Of a stretch of 64,000 bases of DNA, positions 1 through 12,426 are shown in pieces. Below the pieces are notes generated by a model, which was given only the letters and a program-made list of their open reading frames with translations, was not told where the DNA came from and ran no database searches. Origin of the DNA: an uncultured Methanoregulaceae archaeon (GTDB taxonomy: Archaea > Halobacteriota > Methanomicrobia > Methanomicrobiales > Methanospirillaceae); contig OY970061.1 in the NCBI GenBank assembly GCA_963705255.1, forward strand, positions 2,080,001 through 2,144,000. The letters are read 5' to 3'. The position numbers were made by a program, and so were the translations under genes. Position 1 is the stretch's first letter; the number at the start of each line of letters is the position of its first letter.

Positions 1-366
1 GCAATCCGCATCCCTGTCTGCATGCACGTCTGCGGGAACCTTGCAAACGTGCTCGACGAACTCCTGAAGTTCAATGTCAATGTACTGGACTTCGAGTTCT
101 CTAAAAACCCGGCAAACCTCGATATCCTCTCACGCAGGGACCTTGCCGGCAAGATGCTCGGGTACGGGTGCGTAGACTCGGCTTCTGAAGAGGTTGAGCC
201 GGTACAGGAAATCCGGAAGCGGATCGAGAAGGGTCTCGCTACGTTCGACCCGAAGATCATGCTGATAGACCCGGACTGCGGGATGCGGATGCGGAGCCGG
301 GAGTCGGCCTACTGGAAACTCAAGAACATGGTCGAGGCGGCAAAGGAAGTACGGATTGCACTGTGA
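1..366 (+). CDS. metE: Cobalamin-independent/methylcobamide methionine synthase (MetE C-terminal-like), 5' truncated by the window edge
   Basis: HVCG and DPDCGM zinc-ligand motifs; frame open to the window start. Confidence 0.8.
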   Translation, partial: AIRIPVCMHVCGNLANVLDELLKFNVNVLDFEFSKNPANLDILSRRDLAGKMLGYGCVDSASEEVEPVQEIRKRIEKGLATFDPKIMLIDPDCGMRMRSRESAYWKLKNMVEAAKEVRIAL

Positions 367-733
367 GCCGTGAATTTTTTCCTGCTGAATATCAGATCTG
401 AAGCCCCGCTACGGGCACACCGGTTTTTTTGTCTATTGCACCCTGCTGATAAATCCGGCGCGGATTTGATCGGCCCAAAATTATCTTTGCCGTATGTCCG
501 ATCGGGGCAAAATACCTCCGGTTCCCTTCAGATCGCACCAAAAGGGTCCGGCACAGGAGTATTTGATCCGGGTAATCTCCCATGGTACCAAATTATCTCC
601 CCTCAACGGTTTGCGCAGCAATAGCAATGACGCATCCGGTTGTCGTGTAAAGGATTGGGGGAACCTCCAGGAAACCGCAGGGAACAACACCCGTCAATAC
701 GGAAAGGTCCGAATTCCGGGCCACATCCCTGGT

Positions 734-1108
734 TCAGTGGATGTAATCCCGTAATTTCCGGATAAGGGCGAGCTGCTGGTTCGCCTCTTCCTTCTTCTCT
801 GTCTCGATGCTGTTCATGATCTCGGTGATGGGTCTGGCCAGTGTGTAGATCTTCGTCGGGCGTCCTATGGTTTCTGCCGAAACTTCGCGGCTCCGGATCC
901 ATCCCTTCTCCGAGAGGGACCGCATGGCCATGCTAACCTCGGGCTGGCGCAGGTCGATCCCGCGTTCGATCTCATGGGACGATGCCTCCGGGGTATTTGC
1001 CAGAAACACCAGTACCTTGGCAATATTTTTCCTGGTTCCTATCTCGATCAGGAGGTTGGCAAACTCTTCTTCTTCATCGGTAAAATACAGAACGTTTTTC
1101 TCTTTCAT
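734..1108 (-). CDS. ArsR-like winged-helix transcriptional regulator (methanogen type)
   Basis: 124 aa, IERGIDLRQPEVSMAM helix-turn-helix, GRPTKIY wing. Confidence 0.8.
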   Translation of the reverse strand: MKEKNVLYFTDEEEEFANLLIEIGTRKNIAKVLVFLANTPEASSHEIERGIDLRQPEVSMAMRSLSEKGWIRSREVSAETIGRPTKIYTLARPITEIMNSIETEKKEEANQQLALIRKLRDYIH

Positions 1109-1279
1109 GGTGCTCCCGGTTTTTTATCCGGCCCTCTTTATCATGATTTTTAAATATTCCCATAAATGCATTCCGGTATTACCACGGAAACAGGCGCAAC
1201 TCTCAGGATACCTCGACATGATCGGGAGTAACTCTCCCGGAATTCCCGCACCGGGTTCAAAAAAGCGTGAGGGGTTCCG

Positions 1280-1903
1280 TTACACGACTCTCGATGTTGT
1301 CGACGCCTCGATGCCCTTATCGGTGATGATGAACGGGAGCAGCCGCTGGGGTGCTGCCGAGTCCTTGATCTTGTGGACAGCAAGTGTCCGCTCAATCTCT
1401 GCCTGATGGATCTCCGTCTTGAACTCAATGACAATATCCGCTGCACGCATGATCCGGGTCATTTCCATGGGCGGGTGGATGCCGGTATAGACGACAAACA
1501 TCAGGTTTGCGCCGCGTTTCTTCATCTCATCGCGGGCGAGGCGCAGGAACTTCAGCGCCCCGTCAATCCCGTACCTGACGACAATGGCGGAGAGCGAGTC
1601 CACGACAATCCTCCCGCCGGCCATCTGTGTGAGGTACATCTCGGGATGCATTTCAGAGGCGTCGACCATGCCGGTATCGACATCGCCATCGTTCATGAAG
1701 TACGTGCCCTCTTCCCCACCTTCCGCCTTCCAGAACTGCATGGCGGCCAGGTCGACCCCGGCGAGCGGCGTCCCGTAGATCATGATGAGGGTCCCCTCGG
1801 GAAACCCGCCGTCAAGGAGGAGGTTGAGCCCTACGATACCGGTGGTCCGCTTCTTGTACCTCCCGCCAGCCGGGATGTCAAAGATGCGGCTTGTCGTGTC
1901 CAT
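1280..1903 (-). CDS. KaiC/RAD55-like RecA-fold protein
   Basis: TGIVGLNLLLDGGFPEG start, IVVDSL Walker B, C-terminal RTLAVHK...PFIITDKGI; Walker A degenerate. Confidence 0.8.
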   Translation of the reverse strand: MDTTSRIFDIPAGGRYKKRTTGIVGLNLLLDGGFPEGTLIMIYGTPLAGVDLAAMQFWKAEGGEEGTYFMNDGDVDTGMVDASEMHPEMYLTQMAGGRIVVDSLSAIVVRYGIDGALKFLRLARDEMKKRGANLMFVVYTGIHPPMEMTRIMRAADIVIEFKTEIHQAEIERTLAVHKIKDSAAPQRLLPFIITDKGIEASTTSRVV

Positions 1904-1995
1904 CGGGGATGCACCGGAGAGTATTATTGAATATCTGCTTAAAAAGTTTGTGGGGTCACGGGCGATTTTGTCGCAGAATATCCCTCTATTCCGGA

Positions 1996-3537
1996 TTAGG
2001 AGTCCGTTCCGCCGAACTTTTGCCGGAGGTCCCTGCGCAGCAGCTTCCAGCCATGGACGCGGGGCAGCGAATCAACGAGAATGAGTTTCCGGGGAACCTT
2101 GTACCCTGCCATGTGGTCCCTGCAATAGGTCGCAAACTCCGGTTCTGTCAATGATGTACCGGGCCTGAGCACAACGGCAGCGACCGGAACTTCGCCTCTG
2201 CGTTCGTCCGGAACCCCGAACACTGCAACGTCTGCAACCGCAGGGTGCCGGACGATCATGTTCTCAACTTCAGTCGGATAAACCTTCCAGCCGGACATGA
2301 TGATCATGTCCTTTTTCCTGTCGGTGATGCAGAGGATGCCTTCCGTATCAAGGTTCCCGATATCGCCGGTCAGGAACCAGCCGTCATGCCGGAATACTTC
2401 ACGGGTCGCTTCCGGCATGTTCCAGTACCCTTTTGCAACTGCCGGGCCCCGGAGTGCGATCTCGCCGATCTCGCCGGAAGGCATCTCTTTTTCAGGATCT
2501 TCCGTGTCAACGATCCGTATCTCCGTATACCCGACTGCAACCCCTACGCTCTGATATCCTTTCGTGAGGTGCGGGTACTCCGGGAGCGTGGTTGTTCCCG
2601 AACCGATCACGATCGTCTCCGAAAGGCCGTACGAGTTCGCCACCGCGATGTGGTAGCGCCGGTCGAACGCCTCCCAGACCGCAGGCAGGAGCTGCCCGCC
2701 ACCCGATATGATGACCCGGGCATGCCGGAGCCGCTGCTCGGTCCCGGGAGGGGAGTGGACGAGCGAGTGGATGACCGGTGGCATGCCGGCCAGAATCGTC
2801 ACCTCGTGTTTTTCTGCAAGGGAAAGATACTGCTCACCCTCGAACCGCTCCATCATGACGTACGTCCCGCCGGCGCGGATGACCGAGAGCCCCCACGAGA
2901 TCCCGACATGGCCCATGGGGTAGATCCCGAGGTAGGTATCGACCGGGCGGAGCCTGAGGGCGTCACGTTCCGTGTCAAGTGCCGTCATCCAGTTGCCATG
3001 CGTGAGCATGGCGCCCTTGGGCTTTCCGGTCGTTCCCGCAGTGTACTGAATGTGGCTGAGGTCCTCAGTCGAGCAGTTGGCCGCACGCATGCTGGCCGGG
3101 GCAGGAGGGAAGGACGCCCATTCCACCGATCCCTTGCAGGAACCGTCAGTGCAGATGATATGGCGGACGGCGGGGACATGCTGGCGGATGCTGCTGACGA
3201 CCGATGCTCCCTGCAGGTCGGTAATTACCGCAATGGCGCCGGCATCATTGAGCACGTGCAGCAGTTCCTCACCCTTGTACACGATGTTGGTAGGGACCGC
3301 GACTGCACCGATCCGCCAGAGCGCAAAATAACTGATGAGGTATTCCGGTGAGCTGTCAAGATAGATGCAGACCCGGTCCCCCTTTTCCACACCGAGATTT
3401 ACAAGGCCGAGGCCGACCCTGTTCATCTCGTCCCGGAGGCTCCCGTAACTGTAACTCTCGTTCCGGGAAGGGCAGATGAGGGCGGCTTTGCTGGCCGGAA
3501 CGCTTTTTGCATCGAGGAGCGTAGTGACGTTGGACAT
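1996..3537 (-). CDS. AMP-dependent acyl-CoA synthetase (long-chain fatty acid-CoA ligase family)
   Basis: YTAGTTGKPKG, YGLSET, GWFLTGD and DRKKDMII adenylation motifs. Confidence 0.9.
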   Translation of the reverse strand: MSNVTTLLDAKSVPASKAALICPSRNESYSYGSLRDEMNRVGLGLVNLGVEKGDRVCIYLDSSPEYLISYFALWRIGAVAVPTNIVYKGEELLHVLNDAGAIAVITDLQGASVVSSIRQHVPAVRHIICTDGSCKGSVEWASFPPAPASMRAANCSTEDLSHIQYTAGTTGKPKGAMLTHGNWMTALDTERDALRLRPVDTYLGIYPMGHVGISWGLSVIRAGGTYVMMERFEGEQYLSLAEKHEVTILAGMPPVIHSLVHSPPGTEQRLRHARVIISGGGQLLPAVWEAFDRRYHIAVANSYGLSETIVIGSGTTTLPEYPHLTKGYQSVGVAVGYTEIRIVDTEDPEKEMPSGEIGEIALRGPAVAKGYWNMPEATREVFRHDGWFLTGDIGNLDTEGILCITDRKKDMIIMSGWKVYPTEVENMIVRHPAVADVAVFGVPDERRGEVPVAAVVLRPGTSLTEPEFATYCRDHMAGYKVPRKLILVDSLPRVHGWKLLRRDLRQKFGGTDS

Positions 3538-3698
3538 ATGAGACGGCTACTTCAGACCGTAAAAAAATTGGACGCTGATGTATATAGTTGTTCATTCCCC
3601 CGTGCAGGAATATGACACTGCCTCAGGTATTTCGGGCCGATTTACCGGGAATGCCAAACTATTTGTGGTTCCTGCCCCGATTAATCAGTCTGACACGT

Positions 3699-4031
3699 AT
3701 GGCTGAAGAGAACCAGCAGACACAGGATCCCCCCGTCCAGCCGGAGCGGCCATTACCGACACCGGAGAATCCGGGGACTCCCCAGAATAACCGGCAACCG
3801 CGGCGAGACCGGGGCAGGTACCCCGGTGGCCAGAGGCACCATTTCCGCCGGGAACAGCCCCCGGACCCGGCTGCGGGAAAACCGGTGGAGCCTGCGGAAG
3901 AGGATGCAGGTACCGATGACGACGAAGAGACTGAACGTGACCGCTCATCATCTCAGCACCGGCACCGCCGCGGCGGCAGGCCGGAAAAGAGAATAATCGA
4001 GGAATGGGCAAACGACCCGTACTGCGAGTAG
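3699..4031 (+). CDS. Hypothetical low-complexity protein (likely disordered)
   Basis: ATG at 3699; Pro/Gln/Arg/acidic composition; fills the intergenic gap and is followed by an oligo-T tract. Confidence 0.6.
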   Translation: MAEENQQTQDPPVQPERPLPTPENPGTPQNNRQPRRDRGRYPGGQRHHFRREQPPDPAAGKPVEPAEEDAGTDDDEETERDRSSSQHRHRRGGRPEKRIIEEWANDPYCE

Positions 4032-4227
4032 CCGGACCGGAGCGCGGCTGGCGGGGTTTGCAAATCTTTTTTTGGGGTAGAGTTCAGTGGGAGAGATCCC
4101 TCTTGGGGAACCGTCTTTCACGGGGATGGCACCTCTCATTAAACGATGGCAATTCCTCTCGGGCCTGATAACCGGTACTCCAAAACAACCAAGAAAAACC
4201 GGTAAAACGTGGGTAATAAAAGAGAGA

Positions 4228-6662
<2,435 letters not shown>

Positions 6663-6689
6663 ATACGCAGGGATTTATAAGTACTGATA

Positions 6690-7910
6690 ATGAGGGTCCT
6701 TATTCTCGATCCATTTCACGGGGCGGCGGGCGACATGGTCTCCGGGGCACTGCTGGACTGCGGGGCGGACGAGAGCCTCGTCGTCCGGGCAATGCAGTCT
6801 GTTGTTGCCGAACCCGTGATAACCCGCGTCACGAGAGCCGGCATCCGGGCGGTAAAAGTGGATACCCGGGCGACACCGGCCCACCGCACGCTTGCCGACG
6901 TGTTCAAACGGCTTGACGAGGCCGCTCCCCGCGTTCCGGGACCGGCCCTCGCCATGGCCCGCCGGGTCTTTGAACGGATCCACGCGGCAGAAGAAGAAGT
7001 TCACGGGGCCCACGCCCACTTCCACGAAGTCGGGGCCGATGACGCGATCGCGGACGTGATCGGTGCATGCACGGCCCTTCACTCGCTCGAAGTCGATGGC
7101 GTCAGGGTCCTGCCCGTCACCGTGGGACACGGGACCGCAACCGGCTCCCATGGTACGTTTCCGGTCCCGGCTCCGGCAACTGCCGTGATCCTCAGGACCA
7201 GCGGGCTCGTCTCCGTCCCCGGCAACCATATGGGCGAGCTCTGCACGCCAACCGGGGCGGCACTCCTCGCGGAATTCGCCACCATGGCCGTTGCCGAACC
7301 CGCTGCATACACAATCGAGGCTGTCGGGTACGGGGCCGGTACACGGGATCCGCATCACGCCCCCAACGTTCTGAGAGCGATGATTGTCCAGACGACCGGG
7401 AGCGGGGCTTCCCGTGCAATGCCCGAAGACTGCGTGGATATCCTTGAGACAAACGTGGACGATGTAAGCGGGGAAGTGATCGCCCACGCGATCACGCGGT
7501 TCATGGAAGCCGGTGCACGGGATGCAAGCGCCACACCGGTTATCATGAAGAAAGGCCGCCCGGGCTTCCTCATCCGGGTGATCAGCCTGCCGGAAACAAG
7601 CACGCCGCTCGCGGAACTGATGGCACGCGAGCTCGGGACACTGGGTATCCGCTGCATCCCCGCAGTCCACCGCTTCATCGCGGAGCGGTCTGTCGAAGAG
7701 GTGGAGGTCGAAATTTCCGGGATACGCCGGAAGGTGCCGCTGAAGTGCGGGTGGATGAACGGTTCCGTATATAGGGTAAAAGCTGAGTTCGGGCCGGCCA
7801 GGGACTGGGCGACCGAACTTAACCTCCCGGTGAGGGAGGTACTTCGCATCATCGAAGATGCCGGCTGGAACGCCGTAAAGGCCCGGGCAGGTGGCGATGA
7901 AGACCGATAG
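6690..7910 (+). CDS. larC: Nickel pincer cofactor biosynthesis protein LarC
   Basis: GAAGDM, HFHEVG, ELCTPTGAA, LETNVDD and MKKGRPG motifs. Confidence 0.9.
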   Translation: MRVLILDPFHGAAGDMVSGALLDCGADESLVVRAMQSVVAEPVITRVTRAGIRAVKVDTRATPAHRTLADVFKRLDEAAPRVPGPALAMARRVFERIHAAEEEVHGAHAHFHEVGADDAIADVIGACTALHSLEVDGVRVLPVTVGHGTATGSHGTFPVPAPATAVILRTSGLVSVPGNHMGELCTPTGAALLAEFATMAVAEPAAYTIEAVGYGAGTRDPHHAPNVLRAMIVQTTGSGASRAMPEDCVDILETNVDDVSGEVIAHAITRFMEAGARDASATPVIMKKGRPGFLIRVISLPETSTPLAELMARELGTLGIRCIPAVHRFIAERSVEEVEVEISGIRRKVPLKCGWMNGSVYRVKAEFGPARDWATELNLPVREVLRIIEDAGWNAVKARAGGDEDR

Positions 7911-8574
7911 GCAGACAAGCGGGAACGAGGCTCTTGACGCGCTTCTTGGCGGAGGTCTCGAAATGCGGACAGTCACCCAGTTTTACGGCGAACCGGCGAG
8001 TGGCAAGAGCACGCTGTGCGCAATCGCCGCTGTTGCCACTCTCAGGGCCGGCCATGCTGTGGTGTATATTGATTCCGAGGGCTTTTCCATAGAGCGGTTC
8101 CGCCAGATCGCGGGAGCTGATACGGAAAAGATTGCCGATCGCCTCTTCCTGTTCGAACCGATCGATTTCGAGCACCAGGGGGCTATGATCGCCGAAGCAG
8201 AGAAGGTGCTCAAGGCCCACAAGCCGGGCCTGCTCGTCATGGATTCAGCAACCGCCCTGTACCGTACTGATCTTGAGAAAGGACGGGATGCCATGCAGGC
8301 CCTGACCCGGCAGATGATCCACCTCCTTGGCTATGCCAAGCGGTATGGGATCCCGGTCGTCATCACCAACCAGGTTTACATGGACACGGTGAAAAATACC
8401 TATTTCGGCCTTGGGGGAACTGCTCTTGAACATCTCTCAAAAGTGATCGTGCGGCTTGAGAAGACCGACAGCCCCGGAATCCGTCGGGCCAGGCTCGTCA
8501 AACACCGTTCCCGGCCGGAAGGTGCTTCCTTTGACTATGAGATCGTCGAGGATGGCATCAGGGTAAAAGCGTAA
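7897..8574 (+). CDS. radB: DNA repair protein RadB
   Basis: GEPASGKS Walker A, YIDSEG, ITNQV, RadB KHR motif. Confidence 0.92.
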   Translation: MKTDRQTSGNEALDALLGGGLEMRTVTQFYGEPASGKSTLCAIAAVATLRAGHAVVYIDSEGFSIERFRQIAGADTEKIADRLFLFEPIDFEHQGAMIAEAEKVLKAHKPGLLVMDSATALYRTDLEKGRDAMQALTRQMIHLLGYAKRYGIPVVITNQVYMDTVKNTYFGLGGTALEHLSKVIVRLEKTDSPGIRRARLVKHRSRPEGASFDYEIVEDGIRVKA

Positions 8575-8678
8575 TACCCGGACTGCCGGGATATTTCCAT
8601 TCTCCTCCCCATTTTTTTATCACCGGCACGAGAAAATTGTAATGATTATATCTTCCGGGATCGAATATTTACAGTCCG

Positions 8679-10424
8679 ATGCCTCTGAGCAGCGAAATTA
8701 CCGCGCAAATCAAGGATATCCTGAAGGAGAACCCGCAGGGCCTCAGCATCACCGACCTCGTGAAGTCAGTCGGGATCAACCGGAACACTCCCGGGCGGTA
8801 CCTGGACAACCTGCTCGTGTCCGGGGAAGTCGAGATGCGCCCCTTCGGGATGTCCAAGATCTATACCCTCTCCCAGCGGATCCCTGCCTCTTCCGTACTC
8901 TCTATCTCATCTGAATTTGTCCTGCAGCTTGACGGCAACCTGCGCATCATTTTTGCCAACGATCCTTTCCTCCGGTTTCTGGGCGTCTCCTCGCAGCACC
9001 TGCTGGGGAAAAATATTGAATACACTCGTGTGGCTTTGGACTTTGAAGATGTGTTTCCTGATTTTCTCACCCGCCTCAAAACCGGGCTTTCAGGAACGGC
9101 GTGGCAGGGAGAGCTCGCCCTGCCCGGACGGGGGATGACCTTCAACAGCAGGATTGCCCCGACGGTGTTTGGCAACGGTCTGAGGGGGGTCTCGTGCCTC
9201 CTCGATGATATCACCGACAAAAAACGCACCGAAGAACGGGTCTTTGAAAGTGAAGACCGGTACCGGAAGCTCGTGGAGAGATCTCCTGATACTATCCTGC
9301 TACACCGTGACGGGAAGATTATTTATGCAAATCCCGCCGCCTTTAATCTCCTTGGCGCTTCGCGGGCTGACGAAATTGTCGGTAAACCTCTCTTTGATTT
9401 TATCAGATCCGGATACCGCGATGGCGTTATGGCAAATATCCAAAAAGATCTCGGCGGCGGTGTATCGCCACCTATGGAAGTGGAGATGATCCGGCTCGAT
9501 GGCACGTCGGTGATGATCGAGGGCTGGGGGGTACAGACATTTACCGATTGCAAACCTGCGGTTCAGGTGGCAATCAGGGATATCACCGAACGCAAACGGA
9601 CAGAGGTGGCGCTGCGCGAGAGCGAAGCCCGGTACCGTTCCCTATCAGAGGCCTCTCAGGATCTCATCTTCGTTGTCGATCGGGAGGACAAGGTGCTCTA
9701 CATCAACCACAAAGCCGCAGCTCTCCTCCGGAAACCGGCCGAAATGGTCATCAACCAGCCCCGGAGCACATTTTTCCCCCCGGATATCTCCACCCGCCAG
9801 TACGAGGCGCTCCAGCACGTGTTCAGGACCGGCCAACCGGTGAGGAGCGAGGGGCCGGTGATGATCAGGGATGAGATCCTGTGGTTTGATCATGCGCTGG
9901 TACCGATTGCGGACACGGGAGGTCGTGTTGCTTCAGTACTTGGTGTGTCACGGGATATCACAAAACGCATCAATGCAGAGCGGGAGATCCGGGAGAAAGA
10001 GGAGAATTACCGGTTCATTGCCGAACACTCTGTCGATATCATCAACCGCCAGACCCCGGAGTGCATCTGTACCTACACCTCTCCTTCCGTCACCACGCTG
10101 CTCGGGTATGCGGAGGAGGAGGTGCTGGGCAGGTGCGTGCTCGAGCTGGTGCACCCCGACGATCTTCCCGGCGTGATGAAGGATATCGGGACGATCCGCC
10201 GCCTTGGCCTTACGGATGTCACATCGGTCTTCCGGTTCCGGCACAGGGACGGGCACTACCTCTGGTTTGAGTCAACGACCAGGATCGTCCGGGACGAGGC
10301 AGGGCAGATCACGGAGTTCCTGAGCATATCTAGGGACATCACGGGACGGAAGCCGGATAGTCCATGCCAGACCAGGCCTGCCGGAATCGAACGAAGGAAA
10401 AAGAGAGGGATCAGAACGGGATGA
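8679..10424 (+). CDS. Winged-helix plus multi-PAS sensor/regulator without a kinase domain
   Basis: N-terminal LSITDL..INRNT..RYL HTH, then four PAS/PAC repeats each ending DIT. Confidence 0.8.
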   Translation: MPLSSEITAQIKDILKENPQGLSITDLVKSVGINRNTPGRYLDNLLVSGEVEMRPFGMSKIYTLSQRIPASSVLSISSEFVLQLDGNLRIIFANDPFLRFLGVSSQHLLGKNIEYTRVALDFEDVFPDFLTRLKTGLSGTAWQGELALPGRGMTFNSRIAPTVFGNGLRGVSCLLDDITDKKRTEERVFESEDRYRKLVERSPDTILLHRDGKIIYANPAAFNLLGASRADEIVGKPLFDFIRSGYRDGVMANIQKDLGGGVSPPMEVEMIRLDGTSVMIEGWGVQTFTDCKPAVQVAIRDITERKRTEVALRESEARYRSLSEASQDLIFVVDREDKVLYINHKAAALLRKPAEMVINQPRSTFFPPDISTRQYEALQHVFRTGQPVRSEGPVMIRDEILWFDHALVPIADTGGRVASVLGVSRDITKRINAEREIREKEENYRFIAEHSVDIINRQTPECICTYTSPSVTTLLGYAEEEVLGRCVLELVHPDDLPGVMKDIGTIRRLGLTDVTSVFRFRHRDGHYLWFESTTRIVRDEAGQITEFLSISRDITGRKPDSPCQTRPAGIERRKKRGIRTG

Positions 10425-11229
10425 CACCGGAAAAAACGGTTGTCGCCGGCCCTTCCATCTTTGCCCCGTCCTGTAAGTAAATGGTGAGGGGACCGCCCCG
10501 GGTCTCGACCTCGACGGTCTCCCCGGTATGCCCGAGCCTGTGGACCACCGCTGCCGATGCTGTTGCACCGGTACCGCAGGAAAGGGTCTCCTCCTCCACG
10601 CCACGCTCGAACGTCCGGATCCTGATACTGTTCTCACCCGTCTTTTCCACGAAGTTGACGTTCGCCCCCTTTTCGAACGTGGCATGATGGCGGATGGGGG
10701 GGGCTGCGGTGTCCATGTCGACAGCGTCGACGGAATCCACCAGGATGACGGCATGGGGAACCCCGGTATTCACTGCATAAACATCGTAATCCCCGATTCG
10801 CTCCCGGTACTCACCGCTTCCGGTTGCGGGGATATCCCTGCGATCGAAACGTGGCGGGGTCATCGTCGCGGTCGCGAAGAAATCGTCCTCCCGGTACCCC
10901 ATCGCGACGCCGATCTCCCCGGCAGGGGTCTCCACGGTGCAGGACTCCTTTGCATAGCCGGCATCGAAAGCGTATTTGGCAAAGCAGCGGATACCGTTGC
11001 CGCACATCTCAGCCTCGCTCTCGTCCGGCTGGAGGAGGCGCATTTTCAGCCCGCCTTTTTGGGACTTTGCGAGGTAGATGATGCCATCCGCCCCGATGCC
11101 GAAGTGCCGGTCGCAATAAATCGCAGCGAACTGGCCTTTCATCTCATCGGGTATGACAACACCGTTGTACTCGTCTACTATCACAAAATCATTCCCGTTC
11201 CCGTGCAATTTAGCGAATGGTATCTCCAT
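10411..11229 (-). CDS. dapF: Diaminopimelate epimerase
   Basis: HGNGNDF, EMCGNGIRC and ERGVEEETLSCGTG. Confidence 0.95.
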   Translation of the reverse strand: MEIPFAKLHGNGNDFVIVDEYNGVVIPDEMKGQFAAIYCDRHFGIGADGIIYLAKSQKGGLKMRLLQPDESEAEMCGNGIRCFAKYAFDAGYAKESCTVETPAGEIGVAMGYREDDFFATATMTPPRFDRRDIPATGSGEYRERIGDYDVYAVNTGVPHAVILVDSVDAVDMDTAAPPIRHHATFEKGANVNFVEKTGENSIRIRTFERGVEEETLSCGTGATASAAVVHRLGHTGETVEVETRGGPLTIYLQDGAKMEGPATTVFSGVIPF

Positions 11230-11406
11230 GGAAAAATCCCTCACTGGTATACGGACACCGGCAGGTGCACCTGATCCTGTATGATCATCAGCACCTGTCG
11301 TTTCATAAATGCATCGACGGCTGACGCGCCTGCCATATCTCCCCTCAGGTAAGACGGACTGAAAAAAGACCTTCAGGTCACCTGCATGACCGGGCCGCGC
11401 ACAGGT

Positions 11407-12378
11407 TCATTCATCATGGTTGGCACCGATCCCGATCGATTCATGGAATTCCTCGATGCCCCAGCCAAGGTACTCCCGGATGATGATGTAGGCCATCTGC
11501 GGCGGGATCGCCCCCTGTTCCGTAACGATAAGATCGATATATTCGGCAGGCGTCACATCGAAGGCGGGGTTGCGCACCGTGACGTTCGGGAGGGTCCGTG
11601 CGATCTCGTCGGCAAGCACCTCGTTTGCCTCGCGCTCCTCGATCCGTATGAGATCTCCCATGATGGTCTGCGGTGCAAACTTGTAGGTCTCTGCGGCAAC
11701 CAGCACGCTCACCCGCGCCTCGGCCGCCGTGTGGGCGACCTGGGAAGTCCCGATCTTGTTCACTACGGCACCGTTGACGGTAACAGCATCTGCCCCGACA
11801 ATGACCAGGTCGACATCGTGGATGTATGAGCGTACGGCCGAGTCTACGATGAAATTTGTTTTTATCCCGGCATCATTGAGGGTCCGGATCGTGATGAGCC
11901 CCTGGTTTCTCGGGCGCACTTCCGTTGCGAAGACCTCGATCTCCTTGCCGCTCCGGTGCGCTTCGATGATGCAGCCGAGGGCCACCTCCGAGTTGCAGTG
12001 CGTGAGGATCGTATCCCCATCCCTGATATGGCGTGCCCCGAAACCGGAGATCTTTTCCACCGCATGCTGGGACGACTGGATGAACCGGGCGGCCCGCTGG
12101 ATCAGGCCCTCCCGTGCCTCTTCCGTGGTTGATGCGTGTTCGAGTCCCGCCATGACGATGTGAACGGCGTTCGGGAGCGAGACTGCAGTCGGGCGGGTGG
12201 CAACCAGCGTTGCTGCGGCCCGCTCCATCTCCTGACGGAACGCAGCGACGTCAGATGATCTGACGGAAGCAGCATGGTCACGCAGGGCTTCTGCGGCGGC
12301 CCGTGCTATCCGCCCCGCGCCACGGACCTCCATACTCTTTATTTTCTCTGCGGTATCAGTTACAGACATCAGTTTCAA
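11407..12378 (-). CDS. Ribose-1,5-bisphosphate isomerase (eIF2B-like)
   Basis: RGAGRIA, TRPTAVSLPN, THCNS, NKIGT and NPAFDVTP. Confidence 0.9.
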   Translation of the reverse strand: MKLMSVTDTAEKIKSMEVRGAGRIARAAAEALRDHAASVRSSDVAAFRQEMERAAATLVATRPTAVSLPNAVHIVMAGLEHASTTEEAREGLIQRAARFIQSSQHAVEKISGFGARHIRDGDTILTHCNSEVALGCIIEAHRSGKEIEVFATEVRPRNQGLITIRTLNDAGIKTNFIVDSAVRSYIHDVDLVIVGADAVTVNGAVVNKIGTSQVAHTAAEARVSVLVAAETYKFAPQTIMGDLIRIEEREANEVLADEIARTLPNVTVRNPAFDVTPAEYIDLIVTEQGAIPPQMAYIIIREYLGWGIEEFHESIGIGANHDE

Positions 12379-12426
12379 ATGATTGAATGTCAGGAAGAGA
12401 CATAGAGTTTATTACCGGGTGCCACC

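Noticed and set aside
367-733. Small ORFs and short repeats (ATTTGATC, AAATTATCT) between metE and the ArsR-like gene
   Set aside because: The repeats are too short, and the ORFs lack motifs or coding-like composition
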